NCBI GenBank assembly: GCA_963924565.1 | Contig: OZ004610.1 | Location: 7,006,001 to 7,070,000, forward strand | DNA: 64,000 bases | From: Ascidiella aspersa | Lineage: Eukaryota | Reading direction: 5' to 3' | Shown: positions 12,601-27,600 of the stretch, one piece after another | How positions within the stretch are numbered: position 1 is the stretch's first letter | Layout: each line of letters begins with the position of its first letter | Notes under the pieces: generated by a model | What the model was told of the DNA's origin: nothing | What the model saw: the letters and a program-made list of their open reading frames with translations, nothing else | The model's database searches: none | Made by a program: the position numbers and the translations under genes

Positions 12601-15600
12601 TAGAATTATTAAAGGGTTATTTCGGTGTTTTAAGACGCTAAACTACTAATCGTTTTCAGGTGTTTTTAAAAGTTATGCGCCATTTCTGAGCTGTTGCGGT
12701 CAAGGAAAAAGAGAGAGAAAGAAAAATAGTGAAAAAGAAAGAAGGCCGTAAAAGAGAAGAAGGCGCTCGCGTCTCAAACTGAAACGCAGTTCGAGGCTTG
12801 AGGCCGTATGAGCAGCGCCTTCACTGCCGCCTGACGTTTAATGTGCGTTGACCTTCGTAAGGCCGATTTATAGACGTTAAACAACGCTTTACGGAGCGAA
12901 CCACCGGTCGTAGCACGACGGAAGCAGGCCAGCGAGTGCAGCAGTTGTTGTGTGCTGATATGTTCTGAGTAGTGGTCTCTGCATTTGCTGCTGTGTGGTT
13001 CTTCTTTAAGTTTCAATACTAACAGCTATCCAACTTAAGGTTTTAGCTGTTGATTGTTGTTATTTTGTGTTTGAAATGATAGTTTTGAGCTGCTGCTGTG
13101 CAAAGGTTTAGTTTGTTTGGGGCTCGAAGTGAGTAATGCCTAACATTTGTGGGGGGATGACTTTCGTTTTGCGAATTTGGAACATTTTAGCTTTCGTGTC
13201 GAGGATTATTGCTGATCGTTTTTATGGATTTAACGACGGCTATTCAGGTTCCATCCGTAGGAAAACAGCAAAAAAATGGCTTAAGATGAGATCAAAGGTT
13301 TCGAGGCTCTATTTGTTTTTATATTTATCACAGTGCTGGTACTTTCATACACTGACTTCAACCTTTAAAACGAGATTTTTTTGCAAATTTCCTTTTGCAT
13401 AAACGCTGGGAAATTATTATTCGTAAAATTATATTTGAACTTCAACAAACATTGCTTTCCAGTCTTAGTTAACGAGACGAACTGCACATGGGTCTCTACA
13501 GTTCATACTTTAAAAATAAGGACGGCTCAAAAATTTATTAGGCATTGGGAAAGAATGAAAAACAAAAAGGTGCGTGAAATGTCCAAAAGAGTAATATAGA
13601 GTTTGCAATTCGCCCAGACATCTGCTAAACCACAGTTTGAAGTCGTAATAAGAATATCAAAGCCCATACAGAAGTAGGTATCATTTTGTACGTTGAAACT
13701 ATGTTGAAAATTAACAAAGAGATATTCGAAACGTTTAAAATGATACCTATATTTCTGCATGGGCTTTGATATATCTTACTACGTCGAACTACAACCTCCA
13801 ACCATTATGCTCTACAGTTTAAAGTGTTCATAAACTCCTGATTAAGTCTTAAATTTGTCAGGAGGGCACGCTGTAAATAAAGCCAGTTATCGGCGAAATT
13901 TGTTTGGCGGCTTGCAGCAATCGCGCATATCTTCCAGTAAGTGGCGGGAATATGTCGTCTCTTCTCCGGCGCGTGAAGAAACAACGATGTTAAGGGCCGA
14001 TAGGGAGGCTTGCGAAAAAGCGGCGCTGACAGACTGACAGGAGGCCAGGTCCCCTTAAAAAGCCAGTTCAAGTGGTCGGTTCGATATATACACCTTTCCC
14101 TACGATATCACTACTTAAAAATAGAGATGTCCGATTATATGGAAGCTACCCTATACCACGTAATGGTATCGCTGCTATTTTGGACACTAGGATGGTATTA
14201 GCGTTGATCCGATATTAAACTAACGTGGGCATTTCAATCATGGTTTGGAACCTTTTACGATACTCGGGGACACCAATTTTACGACCTTATTTTTATCGCA
14301 AATAACAAATTAGCGTGAGTTTTGGTATATTGAATCTTAGCGCTAATGTTCTGCCTCAGTAAGACTATCTCCCTGATTCTCAAAAAAAACAAGAAACGCA
14401 ATTACCATTATTAATTATTGACAACGACAACGAGTTTGCGTATTACAAGAAAACCAAACGTAAAGTTATCGGCTTTAGAAGATTATTTTTTAGAAAATAA
14501 ATCCAACCCACTTTTTTAACTAAAGACCAAAATGAGGCTTCCTATAAAACTGAAACAATTCGTCGCTTTATAACCTGGAAAACATTACCTTTGTACGTTT
14601 CAATTGAAACAATTTTGCTAGAAACGACAATACACTTTTTTTAGGTGGGCAGAGGACAGGTTTTTGAAGTGGCCTTGCAAACCAGATAAAGAATAGGCTA
14701 AAATCGCGGTTGAAAAAAAAGGTACACGGGCCGCAAAAAAAAGGTACACGGCCGCGAAGTTTGAGCGCTGCTGACATATGTGCTGGCTTTGTGGGAGAAT
14801 GGGGCCAGCAACGCTCGAGGGACGTTTTATTATTGGATCGAGGCTCGCGGTCGTGGCTCGACCTGAAAGTAAGTTGCACGTTAAAGTGCTCGTTAGTACT
14901 TGATGTAAAACCACCTTTACACATTGACTGAAAATGGTGGAGTTTTCCGGGCTTATTTTGTATAGGAGTAAGTAAGTGAAGCAAAGTGTGTCTCAACGCC
15001 GGTTTTAATGCATTGAAGTCGTTTCACGAGGTTTGTATCTAAACATTCAGTAATATGAAAGATTGGGAGATCATTCCTTGTCTTGCTATAAGACAAACCC
15101 AGGTTACTCTTAGGCTTTAGTGAGATATAAACAACTATGATTGGCTAGCAAAAACGTGTATAGAGTAAGTTTCAATGACAGTCCTACTATTTACACAGTT
15201 AACGCACAATCGCCGTTGTAAACTTGTAGTATAGGAAAAGCTCAAGCTTTTGTTTCCACGTTTAAAATTCCGCCAAGTGCTGGAACAGCAACGCGAAGCC
15301 CCAGTCCAGGAGAGCAACTGTTAAACGACCCGCCTTCACTAACAGCCTTGTGTGCATAGCAGGGGTGGCGGGCGCAGTAAGCAAAGTTCAGTCTTGAGCC
15401 TGGGTCTCACAACGGCGAACTGCCGACGGAAACGCGCTATAAATTCCTGTAGCCTCGCAGTTGAGTCGCTTTACGGCTGTTTGATCGAAGAAATATGACA
15501 AACGGAAGTTTTAGCGCAACTGAATCGCACGAGTCGTGAGTTTACAACTGAAGACGATTGGGAGATGCAAAGTTAACCGACGGATATATCTCTAGGGAAT

Positions 15601-18600
15601 GTTGGAGCAAACTTGAGACGACTTGATTTTCTTAGTGCTGCAAATAAACTCACTAACGGGCCATGTTGGAAAACAAACACAATCTGTAAAATATGTAAAA
15701 GCGAGATCGTATACAAGATGCCTTTGAAAAGGCTTGCCGAAACCAGTCAGCCTGATCAGGATTAAAGACATTGGACATTGAGTATGTACGCTTCAGGTTG
15801 TACTATATTTTCGTGTTTTGCTGCCTTTCTCATGTAAGTCAACGAAATTTAGAAAGAACAAAACATTGCAAACAAGTAACCATATGAAAAAATCCACAGA
15901 CCTTTTTGTACTAAGGCTATAGTCAACTTTACCAGTAAGGCCTAGAGCCCAACTGGCCAATCGTAGATCATTACCCCACAAGCCATTAACCTCACATCAG
16001 GCCAGTAATGACAGCGGCCGACGCCAGCCATTCGAAAGCGAAGTTCGCTTCGATAGTTTTCGTCAGCGGCGGAACTTTACAAAGCCGCAAACACAAACCG
16101 AGCAAAGGAACAAAGCGGCCGCGACGTCCCAGCCACAGAGCGCAAGCAACTCGGATAATATTTGCCTTCGCATTAAGGCCGGGGCTGTGGACTGCAGGCG
16201 ACCGTAAGACAATATAGCACGGCTGAGCGCTGCTGCGCCTGTACTTTGGGTGAGTGTGATTTACCCAGGCGAAATGGCAGCGCCGGTGTATCGATAAGCG
16301 GTTAAATACCCCCCCCCCCCCCGAGTTTCGACGCCCGACGCCTTTTTGATTGGAGGGAAAGCAGATCTATGACAGAGTAAACAGGGGCGGCACAGACCTG
16401 CGCGCCAGACATTGACAGTTAGATAAATCTTGTTTATACGAATTATAGCGATTTGCTGCGAATTGTATTTGATTTGTGGATTGCTTATTTGTTCTAATTT
16501 TAGTTCGAATGGAATTTCCGATTTAATGAAAATGGTATTTTACTTTGTCCATTGGAGTTACTTAATTCCTCAGTCGGAACAAGTTTTTAGACATAAAGGT
16601 GAAGTGAACAGCCTGAAAAGTGTCGATCTTGGCGTATAAATGTTTGCCAGTTATATTTTTATGGAAAATATGCCAATCATCTGAATTGGTTGTGAAATGA
16701 TTAAAGGTATAAATACTAGTTTTGCAAGTTCGGTAAATCTAATTCTAAGCTAATTTGAAAAAGCTGAAAAAACGTTCAGTTGTCAATGTCTGCCTGGCAC
16801 GGCGGTTTTTAATGCATTATGGGGCGTACAACTTGACCGGTTCGAAGGAAGGGAGGTTAGTTTTGTCGTGGTTTTAGAGAACTGGCGTGCACAAAACCCG
16901 TCGTTTATAAGGATTACAAACATATGAAGTCGGGCCAACGCGGTATAAAAAGCCTAAAAGCACAGAACAGCACAGCACATACAGATATAGCATCAGTGAG
17001 TTGGCGTAATGACCAGGTTTGTGTACTGCGGGGTGCGGCGTCCACAGAGGCGAAAAAGGCCGCCTTAAAATAACTCACGATGGCGAAGGCAAATAGGTGG
17101 GTAGTTCTATCGCGATTAGCATTATGCCCGCAACAAAGAGCGTCTCGCATTGAAAGTGGATATATAGTCAGGGCCAGGGTCAGTGTTACGTAGTGCAGAA
17201 AACTCGATGCAGGGAGATTCAAAAGCCGTATGCTGGAGTAGATAGAGGGTCCATTGTGTGCGGGGATAATTCGAAACGTAATTACCCCCTGCGCTATTTG
17301 TTCAGGGACAGGTAAAGGTTGCCTTTCATGCCCAGATGTGGTGATACTGGGTGTGCACAGGAATAAGTGGCGAATCTGAGAACTAGGCCGCATGTAGAAG
17401 TACACGGTTCAAAGATTGCTGTGTGTTTAAGTGGTTTAGTGGTGAACGAGCAATCGCATTAACCGAACTTGGGGTGCAAGTGGAATCAAACATAACGGCC
17501 AATATGCGCTTTGTCTTGACAGTTTGTTTTCGTGAAACGTATGGAACAGTAGGTTAAAGCTAGTTTGTTTTTCAAGTGACGACAGAATTTGGTTGTTTTA
17601 GTGACCCTATGCGATGAAGTCCCGTGTTTTAAATAGTTCCGAGTCGTATGGTAAAGTTAGATAAATAGATGACGGTATTTTAGTTTAAGGGGCAGGCATT
17701 CAATACAACGCAAAAACCAAAACAGTGATTTCCACACATTGGTTAGAAAATGATGAGTTGAGTTTTGAGTGTTGAACGTTACTTAATTATTTGCGATTAG
17801 TGCAAGTAATGGCTCAATATCGTGGCTAGTACGTAATTTACCTGTCAGTGACTGACTTTGTTAGTTTAAATCAAGGGGAATATTAGAATTCAGTTTGTTC
17901 CTAAAATATCGGACGTCGAAATAGAGGGAAATTACGAGGCCACGGCCACCTCCCCATACTATCCACTACAACAGTTGACTCCAACAAATACTTCTTCAAA
18001 TGCGTTTTTACAAACGGAAAAGAGACGCTGGAAATTGGGCTCACCTATGGAAAAGCTATATGTAGCATATCGGAAGCGAGCACGAAAATGTCACAAGGCG
18101 TTATGTTTATTCCAAGGTAAGGCGCTTTGGCGGCGCAAGGAAACGTCCTGGCACTGGCAGCGAAGGGACAATAAAGTGTAGGTCGCAGGAAATTCCGGTT
18201 TCCTATGCTGCCAGTCAAGCGGACAGGTGCGATGATTTTAGGCGGCAATTCGGCATCAAATCGCCGCCAAACTGCCTCGTGAATTCCTGGGCCGACAAAG
18301 CGCCGGAAAACGCGTGTGTTTAGTGCGAGCCAATTTGCATTGCGACTGGAAAATACGCCAAGTCGCTTCTCTTAATGTCGTATAGTCGGGCGTTCTTTCA
18401 CAACAGAGCTTGTGTAGTAAGTCCTTTTTATCAGACTTTTTCGTGCCGTTTTTTAGTATTGTAGCAATGAATATGAGGCCGACTGTTTTTAAATTAACCA
18501 ACTGAACTGGCTGTTGGGGCCGTGTTGGGGCCGTTTTGCGTTTGTATCGGGAAAACTGCAGTTAAAAAAAAAACTTGGTAACCTTGAGGCGTTTGCAGTG

Positions 18601-21600
18601 ACAATTTTAGAGTATTCTTTTTTCGTAATTGTTCACGAAAACATGAAGAAAAACTTGTCCATATTTTTCCTATCACGCTCTTTTTTCAGGTTCATTTCTA
18701 CAGGTTAGATATTGGCATAAAGCAAAGCGTAATCAAACTGCCTGGACTTGTATTTAAAACCTGCTAAAAAGGATATATGATCTAATCGTCGACGATGGAG
18801 CTTTAACTTAAAAGCGGAGCTAAAAAGGATAAAAAAAAAACAAAGAGTCGCTGTATCTGGTGCCTGACATAGAAGCATCAAAAAACATCAAAAGACCAAG
18901 GTGAAAAAACAACGCGCGTGAAAACATGCGAACGAAAGCTCTGCATCTCCTGATGGTAATTTTCGCCGCTGCTAGCGCCGCGGAGCCGGAAGCGGTCCCA
19001 GGAAGCAGTGACGTCACAAGTCCGGCAAGTGGCGCCCACTTGCGGCGCCGGCCGCGCTACACGGTTACCAGCGGCAACCAGAGACGCTACTACCAGCATT
19101 ACGGCTTCTCAGCACCGAGCGATTTGCTGGCTCGCTCGTTCACTGTGAACAGGCAGACGATTAGGCCCGAGCCTCGCTACACTTTTCCACACAGTACTGT
19201 GAGCCGCACGTCGCATTACGCACACCGGCGCAAGGGAAAGCAGCGCTACCAAAAGTTCGTCAAGCAGAGCATCGTGTCGGCCATGAAGAGGTAAAAATGC
19301 CCGCGCCACTGGTCAACAGGCGATCTGTTTTAAGGGTGGATTTTTTTTTGTTCTTTTTATGATATCAGTTTGGTGCCGAGAAGATGGGCGGAGGTTTCGC
19401 TTTTGGGTTAAGCGTTGTATTTATTTGTTAATTAAAATAAGATATATACGTTAAGGAAAGGCTTGGTCTGTTTTAGCCCGAACCGGGTGTATTTTTTGGC
19501 ATTTATTCAGCTCGGTGCCAAAATGGGCGGAGGTTTCGGTTTTGGGTTAAAAGTCGTGTTTTTTATAATTTTTTTAACGATAAGAAATACAAGGACATTT
19601 CATTTACCAAATGTGGTCGGGATTTTATCAGGAATTTTCTGAGAGATTTAGGCCTATTCATCTGAAACATGCCACCCTTTAAACAGTAAGTAAGGCTGCG
19701 TAACAGAAAGCAGTTTTTCTCGTCAATTTTGTTCGTAGTGGTAGTACGGTAGCTACTAGTATTGTTAAAGGTAAATGATAATAATAAGTATCAAACCTCA
19801 GTAGCAACAGAATAATTGGCCGATACACGCATTTGCAAAGCTGAAAGAAAACAGCATTCGAGTCTTGCCAGGAGATATTCTCAAATTAGCTTGCGGCTTT
19901 CAATCAACAATCTATATTCAGCCAAACATGTCAACAGGTGTGCGCCACAATACGTCAATCATTCCAAACGCATTCTTTCCACGGACAGCGGCGCTACGTA
20001 AGTCACGAACAGATTCGCTTACGTGTCACGCCGAATGGACGACTTTATACTTTACAAGCGGAAATCCAACTCGGGCGGTGGCGCTTCACTCAACACCTAT
20101 TATACACCTCGGGAGTACAATCTCGGCGTATAAGAAAGCACACGCACCCCGGCACATAGCACACTACTAGGCAAATACGGGCCCGTCGTCACCTCGCCAC
20201 TTCACCGTTTATAAGCGAATTATAGGAATGCAAATAAATGTCCGGCCGAGGCTGGATGCCCTTTTTGACAGTGGGAAACCGTTTTCAATAGTGGACGGGC
20301 ATCTTGGTTTTGAGATCAGAAGGTTGTCAAACTGGCGTTTGGCTTGTTTTTTTGGCGAGGTCAAGCGTTTTTTGCACGTGAATGAATGTTCTGGAAATCT
20401 GATGCATGGACATGAATGCAGCTTCCAAAGCAAAACAAGAAAAGTCAACATTTAAGGCCCAATTCGAACAATATTTAGTGTTTTTGTCATTTGTTTCGTG
20501 CAAAAACCTAGGTCTGAGTTAACTTTTGGCTATAAGCGTGAATACTGCTTTCAAAACTTGCGTTTTATTGATAACGCATTATGATTGATTCAAGCCTTTT
20601 GCATTATTAGGTAGATTTCTGGAAATATCGCAATTTTAAGTTCAAGGTGACCTATTTCGGTGCACTTGTTCAAGACGTGTATTGCCTGGATCGAACTTTC
20701 GCCTGTTGAACCGAAGCGAAAACAACAATTCCAATTGCGTCGCAATTAATCGATCAATCAAACGACAATATAGCTGCTCCTGGCAAATCGTGTAGAAGAC
20801 GATATAGGCACCAGCAACACGTAGGTGTGTCCCGTCAAAGGCACATTCATCAGCCTGTCGAACTGATAGCTGCCCGGGAAATAAGCTGGGCACGTTGTCG
20901 AAAGGTCAGGCAGGTACCGCCGGTCCTTTTACGCCCTGGCTATCTAATGTCTATTTCTGTCGCATTACTTAAGCCCGAATTGCGCCCGACGCCGCGCTTC
21001 GTCGGTTTGAAGGGGCGACTTAGGGGTGTAGGGGATGGGGGCAGGGGTACATGAGGGTGCATGGGCCGATACCCTACACCGCCGCACGCAGCCTGGCCTG
21101 TAAACAGCACAGCGCTGTGTTTTTAAGGTAATACAAAAAAACCAGGGCGAAAAAGAACGGAATTTTCGGTTGCAACGTCCCTGACTGGGTTGCTACACAT
21201 TTTATTAAACAAATTTGGATTAAAAAATCATAATTTGCAAAGACCTAATTTTTTACCAGTCGACGGTGTATATATTTCAAAAATAAAACAGTTTAAATGT
21301 CATAGTCAACACAATGGTTTAAAAGTTTGTTATACTACGACACTTTTTTGAAAACATACCTTAAGTTGCAAATAAAACCAATTCAAAGACATTTATAAAA
21401 AAAATAAAGTTTTAAAGATTTCTTAATACGCAAATCAATTCAAATACATTTAAAAATTGAAAACCTGCTTGAATTGCGAAATTGCGCAGAAAACAGACAG
21501 CGCAATGTAATGTACTTATACCAAACGCCGTGTACCCCTTCAAAAAGCAATTATATCAAACACAGCGTTGCAAAATGGTAAATTGCGCGCGCAAGTTCAA

Positions 21601-24600
21601 ACAGGCGGCTAAAGAGAGTGGTAAACTGCTGACGAGCCTCAAGCCAGCATCGATTGCGGTGAGTCACGACGTTTATCCGGTCGAATCTTCGCGCGGACGA
21701 TCCGACACACCCCGGTGCTTTTCCGACCGCGTCGACCGCGGCGCAAAAATCCAGCTTTTGCGAAAAGGGGCGACTGGTGTAAAGTTTTTTTCGACGGCTG
21801 CTGACAGGTGCAAGAACCTTATAGCACATCTTGCTTGTTTGGGAGGTGTTCTCGTGGAATCGGAAACTTTCGTTAACCGAACGGTTTTATTGCTCCATTG
21901 TATTTTGGGCAGTTCTTAAACATTCGACTCCAAACGCACCGCTATGTTTATTTATCAAATGATTGAACTTTTTAGAATTGAAAACTGTGCAAAACACTTC
22001 CCGAAAAGCAAAGTAGATTTTATTGATTTGAGTCCGCGAAAAATACTCGTTTTTTGGTGAAGTACGTGTTTGTTTGGGTCGAGTGAACGAAAAAACACTT
22101 CTTACTGTGTCGAGTAAGGCACAAAACACACTAACACTCTAGAGAAGAACTACAAAAGATAAGTTACTCGGCTGAGTTAAGTTGTCAGCGTCTGGGTGTA
22201 AAAGGCTTATTTCGCCCCTGACAATTCTCATAACACCAAGAAAAGGGGGTGACAGATGCACCAAGCAGCGTTCCACTTGGAAAAACACAAATAAGCAGCT
22301 TGTACGTTGGGTTTCCAGACCCGCGGCCAAAAATCAGCCTTTTTTTTGAAAAGGTGAACGTAAAACACGGTTGCCCTTCTCAAAAAAAATCCTACACGTT
22401 TCCAGTCGGTAAAACACAAATAAACGCTTACGGGTTACACCGGCAGCTGCGTGACAACATACCGAACACTTTGATTTCGCGACTTTCTTGTGGGAAACGG
22501 CGCTTTCCCAGAAGCGACAGGATTTGCAGCGGCGGCGTTCCCAGCGTGTTTCGGGAAAGGGGCTTTGCTTGTGTAGGAGCTTGCCAGGCCCGAGTCGGAA
22601 AATGTCGCGTGTATGGTTCTGTGGTTGTGTGCGAAACCACACGGCAGCGGCAAGAGCGGAATTTTAGAGCGATTCGCGGCTGTGCATTTGCTCCTATAGC
22701 TGCTGCTGTGAACTGAACATCAACATTGGTAATCAGCGCGTTTCGGCAGCCCAATTTTTTGCCCGACTCACGTGTGGGTTTTTGTCCGTTCTCAGGGATC
22801 CTAGTCGCAATACAAAGATATCACATACTGAGCGTTTAACGTTAATAGCACTACACGGTGTTTCGGCAAAAAGAAGCCTAAGTCTTCTGGTTATATTTTT
22901 CGAAGTTGATTTCATTGTAAAACTAACGAAATCAGGAAGGCTGTTACCTTTGGTACTGTTAGTCATCATTTTCTTTAGCTCTATCAAAAAAGCTGGAAAA
23001 CTAAGTCTTTTCTACTATTGAATCTACAGCAGAATCTACACTTGCATGCGTTTTGAAGCTTTTGTCTGACGATGACGTTTCTCGCTCAGATCTTAATAAA
23101 AATATTCCCCACTTATTTTTTCAAAAAGTTGTTTTAAACGAAACATAAACAGGCCAAATAAATACAACCTTGTGACAAAAGGTTATACACTTTTAAACAG
23201 AAGCGCAATAAGAGCACTGTGCTTGAGAGGGCGACGGTAAAGTTTGTATAAAGCCGGCAATTTAACGCGCAATTATCAGCAAAAAGCAAACACTTAAATA
23301 TAAAAATTAATAAAAACTTGCCTCATATATCAGGCGCGTCAGAAGACCTTTAAAACCGATTTACGCCAAAGTTCAACCGCAAACTTTGCGCAGCAAATGG
23401 CGACAGGAACAATAAAAAATACACCCTCGGTCCCGAAATTTAATTAGAGGCCGTTAATGTCACCGACGTAGATTAATGGTTCCCCAACCACCGCCATTTC
23501 CCAGTTTATTGGCCTGTTCACGGGTGACGATGGATCCGTGATTATTTTTAGTTTTATGTTAGTTACGACTTTTCAGAAGGTTATTAAGCTATCGTCACAA
23601 AGCGAGTTGTTCTTTACTGCAACGAGTTATGATCAAATGAGCAATTTTATTTATTCGCGAATTGCGAACTAAAAACATGTTTTTTGTCTTTGCAACGAAC
23701 CAATATTGTGAGATGCAAAATAATTTTTTTGGAAAATTACCTTTACGCATTTTTAAGGCATAGAATACATAAATACACACAATTGATTAGCTATAAATGA
23801 AAAAAAAATGTTGATAAACCTATGCCATTTAGTGTATAGTAAGAATGATTGGCCATGGTAAGTTAGGATTGTAGTTAATTTTTGTTAGTTTACAAACTAT
23901 GAGACGAATTATTAAATTTTATTTAGCATGTTGAAATTTTAACAGTAACTGATTACCACAAAGTTGTCAAAACCTAGTTTATAACGTTGTCGTTGTCCCA
24001 TTAGGGCTATACTGCGGATAGATAAATAGTTTAGTTGGTTTTAGGCAAGAACTAGTTAAGTTAGTTGCCACTTGGATGGCTTATGTCTACAAAACGGCAG
24101 CCAAAAGGCTAAATGGCAATTGCACGCGCGAATGCCACAAACTTGGGGCCCTTTTAAGTCGCTTACTTGCGGTTGCTGGTGGTAAAACAAGCCCGCCAAT
24201 AGACGTATTTGGCCTAACGCCACAAACGCTACTCTTGAAAGGTTGAGCCTCGCTCTTGAAAGGTTGCGGCGCAGAAAAGTAGGTTAAGTTGCAAACACGC
24301 ATTGACTATTAAAGATAAACATGCGTTGTTTCAAATTTTGCAAGAAAAATGTAATAAAAAAACAAGGTTTATTACAAGCAGACAACCCGGCGTTACGGGC
24401 GTGAGATTTTTCGAACTTAAAATTAAAAAAATGCAGTTCGGGTAAAATAGGTGACCCGAACGGCAGCTCCCGCGGCCTAATGCATTAGTTCTGCACAAAG
24501 GGGCTACAATAATTAAATTTGTGACATTTACACCCTCTCAAAGACAATCCGTGCGATTGGCAAATTTAACAAAACACAAATTTAAAGCAAAAACCAAAAC

Positions 24601-27600
24601 AAACTTTTACTGCAGCTGTTTAATCATATGGAACAATCAGGACTTTAAAATTACAACGGGTGAAAACTGATTAGGATTTTTTTGTCTAATGGTTGTTTTC
24701 CCTAATTTAAGTGATTACCTAAATTCATCCGGTAAATGAGTTTCTTAAAAATCACACCTCGACAGGATAGGTAAATTTTGAAATGAGAAGCTATAGTTTA
24801 GCGCTTTTGCAGCTGGGTTGCCAGATGGCCAAAGTAAAAAATAAAAACTTACGTCAAAAAAGAACTCTTTTTGCGATTTTTTTGGCAATTTTATTTTTTT
24901 GTGTTAGTTTGACCGGAGGTTCATAAAAGTCTGAATTTTTAATTTTGGCGTTAAAAAATTCTTACTGGCAACCCTGTTTTGCAGCGGCGGCCAAACAAAC
25001 AGCCCGCTAGACTATTTGTAAGAAGGCCCGCCGCGGGTGCTTACAGCTTCGTGGAAAAGCCGCCAACGCAATTTGCGACACGGCAAGGTCGGCCAGCTAT
25101 TTAGCCGAGGTGTGTACGCGATGGCGTGCCAACCAAACTAGGTAACAGTTCGAAAAATCGCCTTAATCCCTGGCGAGATCTCGGCATTGAGAAAAAATGC
25201 GCGATTCTGTCCAGTTTTGCCGTTATTTTCGCCTTCTCGGCAATAACAAAGTGGGCGAGCTCTTCTGATTAAGACAACGTGCCTTGTTAGCTGAGCTTAC
25301 TGCTAAGCAGCATTTTCGATCCCCTTTCATAGCGAAATCCACTGGATAGAGTGGGTTTACAGCGTATACCTTGCGTCGGTGGTTTATTGTATCAGGTAAT
25401 ATGTGACCTGCAAAGCGTGGGTTGTGGCTTGCGCATTTTCAACTGAGCAATTACTTTCGCTGACAGCCCATATTTAAAGTTTAAATATCTCCTAAGATCT
25501 TCAGACTGATTTCACGCTTAATTTAGAAGAAGCCATTTAAATAATAAGACGGCCTATACAGCGACAACGAAAGTATATGTCTTATCAAGCGTATTGCAAC
25601 AAAATTGGTTGCATTGTTCAACGGGTGTTTTTTTAATAAAAGCATTCGAATTTTATTTTTTCACCCAACTTTGGAACAATTAGAAACCAGCTAACCGCTG
25701 TAAAAAAAGGACCGGGTTTATTGCCACATGAACTTTGGTTGTGGCGTGGGTTCAAACGAAGCAGCAACGAAAGAGCTATTTGCTATTGCTTTGGCAAATT
25801 GCACGCGTTATCTTGGTCACGTTCACAGCCTCAAGGAAATAGGTCGGCGGCGCCGCAAAAAAGCGAAACCATAGCATGACTTTTTTAGGAGTTTGCTGCC
25901 TTATTCGCACGTCAACAGAAGTTTGAAGCTTGCAAGTCTGTGTTTTTACCTCGACAACACCTTTTTTAAAACTGCAGCGTTTCATATTAGTTGAAGAATA
26001 GCGTAACTTGCCTAGAGGTAAAATGTCGAAAACTTAATGATTCTCTTTCAATATTTTGGTCGACGATCTCAAATACCCACCCATGTAGACAGTAACGTTC
26101 ATGTTTTTCATACATATAAAGGTTACAGAAATGATTCTGTTGCAATACACAAATGCTTAGGTTTTCTAAAACGCATTCCACATTCAACCGTACACACTCG
26201 TAATGACGTTTAGATGACTTTAAAGTATTGCATTACGGTTACGGCTGCAGATTTTATTTTCCGCTGTTGTTTTATTATTCGGTTTTTCTTAATTTATTTA
26301 TGAGTTACGCGTGCCAGATTCGCGTGCGTTGTAGGAACTTCAGGTAGGAATGCCTGATACTTGACATTTTATTCCAAAACTGACAACCCGATATTTTTGA
26401 CGTTAAGTCTCGCGATCCAATCCGATGCCAAATGACGTCATTACTATGCTGAAATAAGTAAAATAGATATAATAAAAACGTTCAAAAGCAATAATCTACA
26501 AATTATTCGACCGAACTTTGTTTTAGCGTTAAAAAGGTTCAGTTCAGCCACCAGTTGTTAATCCACTACTTTTATATAATTTAGCTCAAGTTAGAAATCA
26601 CTTCGTTGGATCGCAAATCACGGCTAAAATTTCTACATTACTTTCGTATAAGATTAGTGTTCATACCAACATCGGACGAGTACCGAGACACCCACTTGGC
26701 ATCGGGTATCGGCTCTGAACCGATATTATCGGACATCCTAACCTTATAAAGCCATGGTTACAAAGGAAGACCGAAAGGTTGCGACGCACAAGTTTACAGA
26801 GTGAGCAGCGCGGATTGGCAAAAATGCAAAGATGTGCAACGAGCGAATCCAAACAAAACATTGGGTTACAAAACCACAGACTGGACGAAAACAAGTCGCA
26901 GTGGTGATTCACGACATGTTTGACGTCAACAGCATCAAAAAATTTCACGCCTGACTGCCAAAGGGGCGCGCACACGCAAGAATACCTGCCTATAGGGTCA
27001 AAATAGGCGCTTTTGCTTTCGCTAAGTTCTCAATACGTTCAGCTAACCTATTCTGTTGTTGACGGGTCATTATTGTGCACATTTTTACCGGGATCTTGTT
27101 TTTTAAAAGGGGAAAACGGTTGAGCTGGCGGCGCTTCACTATTTCAAACCAGAATTTTTTTTAACGAAAAATCATTAGCAACACAACACACCCATATTTT
27201 GTGTTGTACGAAAAATATACAAAAAAAATTTGCTGATGAACACCGGTAAAAATTCCTAAACATGTGAGAGACGTTCAGGGTTGAAAACTTTTCAGCTTAG
27301 ATGCAAACAAAAAAACTTAAAGTTTCTAAAATTACGTAAAGCCAAACATTTTTTATATAGTTTAAACCTCTTAACACCAAACAGCAAGAAAATCACTAAA
27401 ACTTAAGAGGCATCCGGGTTGAACATTTTCCGCTTAAACCCGCAAGTACGTCGAAATTGCGAATATAACGAATAGACGGGCTGAATAAACAACAACAGCA
27501 AACTAAACGTTATTGATAAACTTCGCTGCGTTGCACAGGTACGAGAAGAACGGCAACAAGACAGAGCTGGCAAGGAGGTTGGAAAAGATCCTAAGTCACG

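Noticed and set aside
24752-24759. T-box site (TCACACCT) and scattered GTGGGAA Su(H)-like motifs as enhancer evidence
   Set aside because: Isolated short motifs at chance frequency; no clustering or conservation data.
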